A DNA stretch of 61,550 nt, filler included, from Choristocarpus tenellus KU-1152 (Eukaryota > Protista > Phaeophyceae): assembly GCA_964200185.2 (NCBI GenBank). It is 9 parts of 9 records of this genome, joined end to end, with 100 filler letters (N's around TTAATTAATTAA, not from the genome) between each part and the next. Parts side by side here need not be neighbours in the genome. Positions count along the whole stretch, not along the records: positions 50,267 to 57,057 come from CAXNAD020007344.1; positions 57,158 to 61,550 come from CAXNAD020014765.1; 7 more parts are not named here. One strand, 5' to 3'. The notes beneath the pieces were generated by a model. The model saw nothing but the letters and a program-made list of their open reading frames with translations, did no database searches and had not been told where the DNA came from. Made by a program: the position numbers and the translations under genes. This document shows positions 51,367 through 61,550 of the stretch, piece after piece. Numbering within the stretch: the stretch's first letter is position 1; each line of letters begins with the position of its first letter.

Positions 51367-54207
51367 TTGGTTGAAGAGAATGGGGGGAGAGATAGTGTTA
51401 AGATATACAGACTTGCACCTACCCAAGGTGTATGTGATTTGACCTGTTTTTTTGTCGTCATGGTATCACACTCCTTTCTGTTACAGCTTTGTGCTCCTTG
51501 TGTACAGTGATACAATGTGTGTTTTCCGTCTGTGTTCTGTGTGTCAAAGTAATTTTCCTGCTAGCATGTTTAACTCATGTGTGTGTACATATATATGATA
51601 TATCAGAGAGTTGGCAAACAGGGGATGGTTGAACCTTGCAACTACCCTCCGATTCAATCGATGCATATGTCAGGAAATGGAGTGCCTAGTCTTTGCTTTG
51701 GATAGTGTTAAAAGAAAAAGAAAAGTGGAAAACTTAGTTGAGTTGTGCACGTTTTACTCAATGGTTGACCACACTCACGCAGGTGTAGTCTACTGTAGCC
51801 ATGTTTTTTTGTGGTTGTTTACGGTTTTTACTCTACGTACATGTACTCATTATAGTATATAGAATAGTTGAATCAAGATTTAATCCAACATTTGAGGGGT
51901 AGAGGAAGGGCATTTCATGGTCGGCAACACTAGTCGTTTGACATGAACAGACATCGAACTGTTGTATTGAGCTGGTCGTATGTATGCATTTTTCAATGTG
52001 CAAAATCCTATCCTTCCCAGCATTGGCATCCCCTGAAAGTGAGAAGGGACCACCACCTGTCTTGCTACAGTGTGTCTTGCTCTTTGGAGTATTCCGTGAG
52101 TACATGGTGTCTGGAACTTCCATCTTGGCGTGGTGCAGATCACTAACTCTACTAGAGTATATGGCAGATACCTCGCATTTGTTCTATTGTCCGACCTATC
52201 CGTTGCAAACTTCCGCATATGCTACATGAATACATTCATGCATGCCTGCATGCATGCATTCATTGTTGTCGAGCTACGAGAGGTATCACATCTTGTCTTG
52301 TTTTCAGGTCGCACATTGTTGTGCTCCTATTGTACCTTCTCAATATCGCCTTTCAGATCAAGACGCTCAAATAATGACTATGCATCTGTCCATAGGTGTA
52401 GTGCGAGGGGAACAGGTATGGAGATAATTAAATAGTTTGAGAAGAAAAACACACCAAGTGTATTAATTCGAAAACTAGGCTCAGGGAGATATTTGACAGG
52501 AAGAGGAGTCCCAGTGATGCAAGGTTGACCTATTAAGATCCGTAGTAATTTAGAGGTAGGCAGGTTGGTATATTAAGCAAACTGAGGAAGAACACTAAGA
52601 CGCCTTCTTGTACAATTATGGAACGAGCCTTTGCTGAGTTGTGGTGCAACTTTGTGTATGAAAAGGGTAATATCAACTTTGCATGTGTGGTTTTTTTGAC
52701 ATGAAGCAATGAAATGGAATGCATCATTACATCAAATAAGAGGTACGGCTTAGATTGCAAAAGGGTCCAACCTGTCTACCTCTGCACTGGTTTGTCTCTA
52801 ACCTCACTCACTCACTCCCCACCTACGAATAAAGCAAAGATTAATGGCGGGTACGATTTTATTATCCAATGATCTTATGAGGTCTATACTGTGTCCTTTC
52901 TGTTTTGTTCTCCTACTCGAAAGTATAGTATCTTGTAGGTGAACCTATCTTCCAGCTAGGGTGCAAGAATTGTATTGTTTTTTTCCACACCCTTTATAGA
53001 GATCAGCTAATTCTCAAAAATTAGGACTTTTAACAGGACTGGGTGAATATTGACATGGCAGTACTGGGCGGGGGGTTGCTCTGGATAAAATATCCTTTGA
53101 CAGGGCCAGTGCGGAGCTAATTTATTGTATAATTGGACTAGAGAGTGGACTGGTTTGGTCAAGTGTATGTGCCTTAGCAGGGCTAGACTTAATCCATCAA
53201 GATTGCAGACTGGGTCGACTGAATGATGTCATAACCTAAGGGTCGAATCAGTGGATGGGCCATTGAGGTTGTAACTGAACTGAGGTAAAGTCATCCATGA
53301 TCAATTCTCATCAACAAATGCATACAATGATTTGTTCTTTAGATAATACTTTGGTTAGAGTTTTACGTTCTTTCTTTGGGTGGTAGTTGGACTTTTCAAC
53401 CTTCAACTTTCATCCCACTTGGAGCTTGGAGTAGTCTGGTCAGGCCACAGAAACAAAAAAATCTACTATACTCTACAGTACTATGTGGCACATGTGATCA
53501 TATATTAACAGGAGGACAGATCCACAACCATCAAAGAGTGTAACCTGGTAGGGATGTTCGATGGTTATGGCCAAATGCACTATATACAATTACTATACGT
53601 AATACTACGTCTGCATGCATGTCTTTAAATGGTGGGTGCAGTCAGTCAGTCTGCGGCAAAACCGTGTTATTATTTATTATTCTTTTTTATTGCTCACTTT
53701 AGTCTGGAACTTCTCTACTTCCTCCACCCTGCTTTAGGCCCCTTGGCCTTTGGTTATATGGTGTAGTGCACACTGCACTACTATTAGTGCGTTTGTGCAC
53801 TACCATCAAGTTATAGCTTCATCTTCGTTTGTTTTTTCACCTAGCCTACAAACTGTTGCACCATGCAACTAACTTCACTGCCCCTCAAGTGCCTTCATTT
53901 TTCTCACTTATTGGGTTCAGCCACGCCCACAGACACAGACACAGACAGGGTGTGATTCCTTCTCCTCCCTTGCATCTGGTGCATACTCGTCTGCCCGTAA
54001 CGAATCTTTGTCGCCATGGTCTTTTCGATTCCCTCCATATTTGTGGTTTAACACGAAATAGTAAGCAAAAGATTGTAAGATAGAGGTATTTTGTCATCTC
54101 TCCAACCAATATACATCAAGTCGTTTTTGGGGAAAAAAATATAGCTGTTATCAGATTTCGAACTCAGGGACTTCTATGATAAGTTGATGGGGGGTTACTA
54201 TACACAC

Positions 54208-54609
54208 AAATGTGAATCGTTTGATTCTGCGGCGAAGTGGTTCACTCAGACAAGGTTGGTGAAGAGAATCACCAGGCAAGACGGACCAGACGAACAAGGA
54301 CGAACCGTGACCAAGCGTACGAGGGTAAGGTTGGACAAGTGCAAATTGAGGAGCCATGAGCATCATCAAAGATGGAGCTTCATCATCAATCAAGACGTGA
54401 GAATAAAGTGGATCTTCCATGTGTGACAACTCTGAATGAAGAGCTGTCCCAAGTCTATGGGATTGGTCACATGAAGAGATTTCATGGTTTCATTTTGACG
54501 GAAATTCTGTCCGTGAAATCATGGACGCTTGACTGGGAACCTCAATCGGTGCAAAGGTTTATGGCATACGGAAATAGCGGTATAACACCAGACAAACATG
54601 CTTTCCACA
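54208..54609 (+). repeat. Dispersed ~400-bp repeat (family D), copy 2
   Basis: Aligns directly with 56569-56978 and, inverted, with 32965-33300. Confidence 0.88.
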
Positions 54610-56568
54610 TCACCCCCCCTTCTGATCGGCCTTGTAAACATGATTCAAGGTCAACCAAAAGGTGAGCTCTGGGAGCGAAATGGAAAGCATGTGTGACTGT
54701 TAGTATACTATTGCACCATTGTATTACACGACTCCATCAATACAAAATGAAGTATACAATATAAACGAGGCACAAAATGAATATCTGATCAGGATAACAT
54801 TGGCCTAAAGGTTGATGGTGTGTGGTCAGCACACCAATCAAGCTTACGAACGAGGTCTGAGCGTATGGGATCAGCATATCAGTCAGCCTAAAGACGAGGC
54901 GAGAGGTATATGTGGCCAGCATATAGGGTCTCTAGTATCTTGTGTAAACAGAGGATACACTCAGAATGGGGATACGAGGAGCAAACACTATACATGATGT
55001 CAACAAAACGATTTGACTAGTGTTTGTGAATCGATATTGCTATATGTGTTATACGATGATTTGATCACCACTCCGATGCGTGAAAACAACATCGCGTGTT
55101 ACATGACCAAATCAACACAGCAAACGACGAGATCAAATGTGTGCACCCCTTCTCCTTCCTCAATTCTGAAATCGATTGGAAATATTGCTCACGACCACAA
55201 TATTCCAAGTGGACAACTCGGACGCATGATGTTGGTGGCTCAACTCTCCTAAAACGATACGAGGTGACTGTACGGTCATTACATCATGTCGGGGGAATCA
55301 TGCCATACGAAAAAAATAAAATAAATGCGTGACTTACCTTAAGTCTCCAACTCTTACTTAGTGGTAGACTTGAATCTTCAATTATTATTTTTTCTGTTTT
55401 AGGGTGAGATTAGTCATTTCATGATGATCAATAAATCAATTTCGTGGAAATGTGACATGATGTAATGAACAGCCACCTTTAGCACACACGAGCTAATATA
55501 ATGTGCCCGGTGATAACGGTCTCTTCACCACTGCATGTGTCCACTCATGCAAACGAGGAGAGTTGAGAGATACAAATATTTGTATTCTTAATTTATCGAA
55601 ATCCACCAACATTTATGTATATTCTATTTGCAAGGATTGATGAACCTGGTAAACACGAGATGCCAAGTCAGAGCTGGACGTGAACAGGTTAACTGACATC
55701 TGTTAACAGTTATCTCATCTCTTCAAAAAACGATAGACTATACCCATCTATCACAAAATGACACACACGCGATTAGTCTAAACTAGATGAACAATCTATG
55801 TAAAGGATTGTAGTATGTGGGTACCATAAGATCTGGTCAGGGGATGCTTAGTCTTAAAAATAAGTACATAAACACCCAATTTAACAAACAGAAATTTTGG
55901 CCATGATCTGCACCGCACATACACACGATAATCTCTTTACTGAAACGATAGTTTACGACACGATGGCAATGCATAATATTGCCACGTCCCATTTACAGAA
56001 CAGGAGTGGCAAATTTTCTTCTCCAGAACCTGTAATTGTCAGACCAGATGGTATTTCCGAAGCGGAAAACCTGAAACGACTCCCTTCTAACAGAGGTTGT
56101 GGATGTGCGACCTCGCTACTCTGTTCAACGTATCTTACGTGATCAATGCCCGTTCCCCGAACTTGGAGCTTTTTAGCAGGTCCTGAAGCCATTCAGGAGG
56201 CACAGCATTCCCGACGAGTGTCACGGTCGCCCGAGCTAACACAATGCTCAAGGGTCGACGACACGGGTCTGGCATTAGCCTGCCGATCTGTAAGAGGGGA
56301 AGGGGGGGAACCGCGTCTACGTTCAGCAAGTGTTATCTTACTGGACGACGTAGAGTTGACACTAGACTAGTCAGAATCGATATGGGTTGAAGACTTCATT
56401 TCTTCCGTAGACTCATGACCTTGGACTTCCTCTCCTGGTGTTCTGGATGGTTCCAGATCGGAAGTTATGCACTCCAGTGCACGTCTTCGCCTCGATCTTG
56501 AGTTCGGCATCTTTTGTCCGTGGTCAAACAGAAATTCCCCGTCACCCTATTTCTGAGCTCACTGGTGC

Positions 56569-56978
56569 CAATGTGAATCGTGTGATTCTGTGGCGGCGTG
56601 GTTCACTCAGGCAAGGTTGGTGAAGAGGATCACCAAGCAAGACGGATCAGACGAACAAGGACAAACAGTAAACGAGGGTACGAGGTTAAGGTTGGTCAAG
56701 TGCAAATTGAGTAGTCATGAGCATCATCAAAGATGGGGCTTCATCATCAGTCGAGACGTGAGAATAAAGTGGATCTTCCATGTATTACAACTCTGAATGA
56801 TAAGCTGTCCCAAGTCTATGGGATTGGTCACATGAAGAGATGCCATGCTTTCATTCTGATGGAAAGTCTGTCCGTGAAATCATGGACGCTTGACTGTGAA
56901 CCCAAATCGGTACAAAGTTAAAACGGTATATGCCATACAATAATAACGGTATAAGAGCAGGCAAATATGCTTTCCACA
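56569..56978 (+). repeat. Dispersed ~400-bp repeat (family D), copy 3
   Basis: Shares blocks such as gagcatcatcaaagatgg, gacgtgagaataaagtggatcttccatg and gctgtcccaagtctatgggattggtcacatgaagaga with copy 2. Confidence 0.88.
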
Positions 56979-57182
56979 CAAAGGTGTCAATATTTTATTA
57001 TTATGCCCTCTGACATTTTGCAGATGTGTCAGGGAAAAACCAATGAAATCTATATACNNNNNNNNNNNNNNNNNNNNNNNNNNNNNNNNNNNNNNNNNNN
57101 NTTAATTAATTAANNNNNNNNNNNNNNNNNNNNNNNNNNNNNNNNNNNNNNNNNNNNGGTTTGCTAATCGCCCGTTGGGTGT

Positions 57183-57353
57183 GTGGGGGGGGGGGGGGGG
57201 GGGTCAACACCAGGGTGTCCATTTGGACCATAAGTAGGAAAAGTGCACTTACATTATCCATTCGACATATGCAACCCAACCAAACAAAAATCGCTACATG
57301 AAAAAATTGGCCCCAAATGGACAGCCGCTACCCCCTCCCAGATACTTTGGGTC
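57183..57353 (-). mobile_element. MITE family A copy
   Basis: Diverged reverse complement of 55-225. Confidence 0.75.
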
Positions 57354-57553
57354 TTCCCACGGGCTTTTAATGACATCTTACCTGCTCCGAAATGTTTCGG
57401 AATACATCAAATGCATAAGTTATGAAAAGGTGTGTCCGGAACAAGGATGTTGACATATCCTAACAAACATGATAGTCCAAATTACATCAAAATTGCAACA
57501 ATGGATTTTGGGCTCCAAATGGACGTGCTCTACCCTCTAAGATACTTTGACTC
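57354..57553 (-). mobile_element. MITE family B copy, abutted or interrupted by a family A copy
   Basis: Diverged reverse complement of the 32287 element, ending taccctctaagatactttgactc. Confidence 0.75.
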
Positions 57554-59017
57554 TCACTTGGTCGGTATCTCCTAAGGGTGGTCCATGTGCCACCCAAATA
57601 GTGACCATAGTTGTCACTTTGTCAGTCAGGGCCCTGCTCTCCCTGCCGTTTCCTGTCCCATTGAGGGACCTTATCATCAGGGGATATAGTTAAGCATGTG
57701 CTACACCCAAGAACCCAAACAAATATGTGCTTGAGCTTGGTCTGTGTGTCTGTGTATAGTGGGCAGGAGTGATGATGCGAAATGTGTAGCACGTCACAAT
57801 TTGGACCATAACGATTATCTGCACTGACACCCCTTGTTTTTAAAGCAATATGCGTGGAGTGAGGGAGGGGGTAAGGCTGGAGTATACTAAGACTTCACAG
57901 GTGTAAGAGGCCCACAACGTGTTATCACACCCTTCAGGCACACTAGCAGCCACAGTCTGGGATATGCATGTATATTCCACTACAGACACAATTATACGAA
58001 TTGTGATGCAAATTATGATATTCTTGGTAGATTTGACTAATGCACACTTTCATGTATATGATTATACAGCAGTGAAGCTGGCACCCATCTCATTACCCCT
58101 GTACAAAACCTTGTCAACCATTCACCAGCAATTAATGGAGTCCCCGTAATGATAGTAGTAGTGCCCAAACACCAATGAGAAAACCGGGTATTTTACTCCT
58201 CTGTGCAAGGATGTAGCTAACTCCCTTCTGAGGCAGTTTCATTAATTTTGCTTTGATGCAAAAATATCTACTATTATCATTGTACTGTCTATCATGACCC
58301 GTTTGTAGTTGTTAAGATCAGGTAGGTTTATGGAATGTTTGAAGGCAATAGCCTACCAAGAAACAATGCCAAGCATCTCTGGAACATACAAACACAAGTA
58401 TTAGTCTAGTATGAGGACGGTGCATTATTTTATTGTGAATCACCACCGTGGATCATAAAATATCTCTCGGTACACAGCATTATGCCTGTGTCATAAAATA
58501 ATAACTCCTGATTCTCCTGGGATCGAGATCTACTCAAAAGCAAGGTTATCATAGTAATACTTAATATCTATCCAAGTGAACAATTGGTTGTGTTGGTTGG
58601 ACGGATTAGTGATTACGACTATCTATAAGTTAGCCTGCATGTCAGTTCCACGTAAAGGCGCTCTCATTCCTACTACTAATCAACATCAAACCCAACTTGA
58701 TCGAATCCCAATAGAATACACCTAAATCCCACTTGAAGTTATTTTGTAATTGGATATAATACTATTAATAATATGACACTACTACCACTTTCAGAGTTGA
58801 TGTATTGTTTGCGATATATGTGCGCGATAATCGTGCGTCCCACTCGCACGCACCAGGCGTTACAAAATCTGTGAGGGTTTTGATAAAATGACAATGACAA
58901 GAAGAGTTCATTGGCAAAGGAGAGGCTCTAGAGTCCGCCAAGACGACTCCCCCAACCAGATGAGGATGAAATCAGAGTTCGATATCATCATCGTAGTCTT
59001 GGAAGTCTTGGTGCCCC

Positions 59018-61452
59018 ATGGGCCCCGTGAAGCGTAGATTGAGGGTGAGGGAGTGAAAGGAGGGAACCAGGCGGGGGAGAGAGTCAATTCGTTGTTGTTG
59101 CGGTAAAGACGTGATAACCTCTTTTTAGTGCTTCGTGGAGACGTGCATGCTGTGAGTTCCCATGGAAGCTTTCTCCTGGTTCTTACCTCATCGAAGCGAA
59201 CAAAGACAATCCCTTCCGCAACCCTCTTGAACGATTGAAGTCACAAAACACACAATGCTGACATCTACCATTTCCAATCTTGCAATATTTCATGCTTTGA
59301 GCGATATTCATCGTTTGTGAGCCCTATGTCTGTGACACACTAGCAATGCTTACCTTGTCGAGACATTCATGTATTTTTCTCGTTCTGGAGATATGCCAAA
59401 TTCGAAACTCTTGCCCTACGACTCCACCGTTCTGTAGTCATATTCGCCATGAATTTGACCTCAATCGGATACTTCGACTGTTTGTCGGAATTTCGTGACC
59501 CAAATCTATCTTGGCTCCCACTCAATAATCTTGAGAAATGACACCAGATCCCTTAGACCCCTGCACTTGAACGGATGTAGCGTTGTCCTGGTACTGTTGC
59601 CCGCACGCTAACCGTTCCCAAATATTTCCTGCCACCTTCCATCTGTCTGCCCGATCCCATCTGCCTTTTACCTCTGATACTAAAGGGTGCCATCCGGGGC
59701 ATGTGGTGCCGTGCGAGTCCCGGGTGTCCGTGCCAGATCAGGAGTTGCCCAGATGGATCGAAAGCTGGGTGGAAGAGGCAAGGTCCGCCTTTGGACGAGG
59801 ACTACCTGGATATGGGATCACTGCCCCCCTCGGGCTTGCATTGCTACCCACCTACCTGCCCTGGAGAGGAAGTGAGCATACTCAGAGAGTACAGTGTATT
59901 CTGTGAAGGGAAGAAATACTCACCCCTCTTGTAGCCCTTGTTGATTGCCTATCATTTTCACTCTCCTTCAATACTTTGCTTCCAACTTACCAGCGTAGTG
60001 CTCCTCAACGGAACAGGACAAGACACATGGTAGAGGTGGGAAATGTGTAAGTGGATCCAATTTGCGATTCTACCCATTGCTGTCTTCAACCACCCTTGGT
60101 ATTGCTCATTTATTCTTTTCCCTTTGTCCAAGGTTTACTGGGGTAGATTCCCTGTAGGTAGAACTGCTATGTGTATACCTCACATTGGTGGATGGAGCCA
60201 GTACCTTCTGGTTCATTCTATCACATACTTATGATACATGAGTGAAGTACCCTATGAGGGGACAAGGCAGGAACCTCTGCCAAGACCATATCCACTACAC
60301 CTCACTGCCTTCTCTTGTTATCTTGCACGACAAGGTGCTGGCTGTCTTAGTTCTCGGTGCATCTTGGACATACAAATAACTCATTTTGACTTCTCTTTCC
60401 ACTTGACTATTGTGAAGTATTGTACTACCACTATCGCTCTTGGAATGTTCACTCCCGCCGCAGGAATTTAGGGTCAGGGTTAGCCAGGGTGATGTCCCCC
60501 ACATCCAGTGGCTAATGGACAGTCTTGACGGTGTTCTGAAAAGAGGACAATAGTACTGTCAATCAATATTTGTCAAGTCTCTCATACTCAAAATGACTTC
60601 TTCCATTACCTTACATACTGCATCATCTCATTTGCCTCATGTCACTGCACTCTCTTTCTTCCTCACATTTCCACACCAACAACGAAAATCGAAAGATGAT
60701 TAACGCCATCAATATGACAAAGCCAGTGGATCGTCTTCACCAGGATCAAGCTGTCTCCACCTCCAACAGGTGAGCAATCACTTGTAGATGGAGCCCACAA
60801 CATTCAAATTAACACAAGTACCATATTCCTCTATGTATTATTCGGACGTTTGGCTAGGGTCTTTCATCACCATGTGATACATCTATATTTGGTACATAAG
60901 ACTACAAGGTTCCTTATATGGGAGTACAGGATAGGAGTATCAAGGTCACTACAATTCTCAGAATGTCAGATCATGAACATAAAGTGTTGCAGTTTGATCT
61001 CCTCCAGAACCAAGTGTCTCTAGGGTTGCACGTACAAGAGGGGAATTGATCGATGTAGTTCTCTACCCAAAAGTAGGTTAGAACTCTGCTTTTCTACAGG
61101 TTTTGGGAAGAGGAGAATACCTGTGCGTAGATTCCATATCCTTGCACAGGTGGGTTTTCAACAGCTGATTGTTGGGTGAATTCCAACAATTTGACATGTG
61201 ATGACAAAATTCCACATTTTCTATAGTAGATCATAGTATCACATGTTTCAAATATTTGAACATTCCCTACAACAAGATATGTGTACGCAAATATATTTGG
61301 GTACACGACAGTTCTTGAATTTTCATGGGCTTACCACAAACAACTGTGATGCAAGAGGGAAGAACAGGTATCTACTTTTATTGGGCGTTTCTTCTCTACA
61401 TACAGACCTGCTGCCTCCTCCTCCACCTGCTGTTGACTACAGAATTATGTGA
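59018..61452 (+). CDS. Speculative small 5-exon gene (~102 aa)
   Basis: Candidate exons 59018-59044, 59686-59871, 60744-60769, 61100-61122 and 61406-61452 have good splice signals and splice into one open frame. No homology recognised. Confidence 0.33.
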
Positions 61453-61494
61453 TGTGTTATGTGGTGAGGGCTATGCCATACTTAGCCTGGTATA

Positions 61495-61550
61495 GAGCCA
61501 AAGTATCTTAGAGGGTAGGGCCGCGTCCATTTGGGGGCCAAAATCCAATG
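61495..61550 (+). mobile_element. MITE family B left end, cut by the window edge
   Basis: GAGCCAAAGTATCTTAGAGGGTAGGGCCGCGTCCATTTGGGGGCCAAA. Confidence 0.8.

Noticed and set aside
54430-54450. TGA shared by all three repeat D copies (NSE*RAVP) as a selenocysteine codon
   Set aside because: That frame has other stops, matches no selenoprotein motif, and no SECIS is evident. Shared ancestry explains it.

Overview
Intron-rich eukaryotic genomic DNA. Gene content and splice signals suggest a stramenopile, probably a brown alga (inference). The window is not one locus: eight identical 100-bp spacers (N44-TTAATTAATTAA-N44) join nine unlinked contigs, so adjacency across spacers has no biological meaning. 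Genes reconstructed by hand: (1) complete RPL34, head-to-head with a 3'-truncated Ariadne/ARIH1 RBR E3 ligase; (2) the 3' half of an EEP-family nuclease/phosphatase of the plant At1g02270 type; (3) a >=1183-aa receptor-like protein with beta-helix-type repeats, a Cys-rich region and ~8-9 TM helices, including a 23-nt microexon; (4) an orphan terminal exon and a speculative small microexon gene. The rest is mostly transposon debris: an integrase-less Ty1/copia with LTR and PPT, a gypsy-like gag, a mariner pseudogene, a non-LTR fragment, and several short repeat families. One of these is a GAG...CTC MITE with a clean 4-bp target duplication nested in a palindromic repeat family. I found no clear-cut new biological system. 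The best leads are the receptor-like gene and the nested repeat/MITE families.
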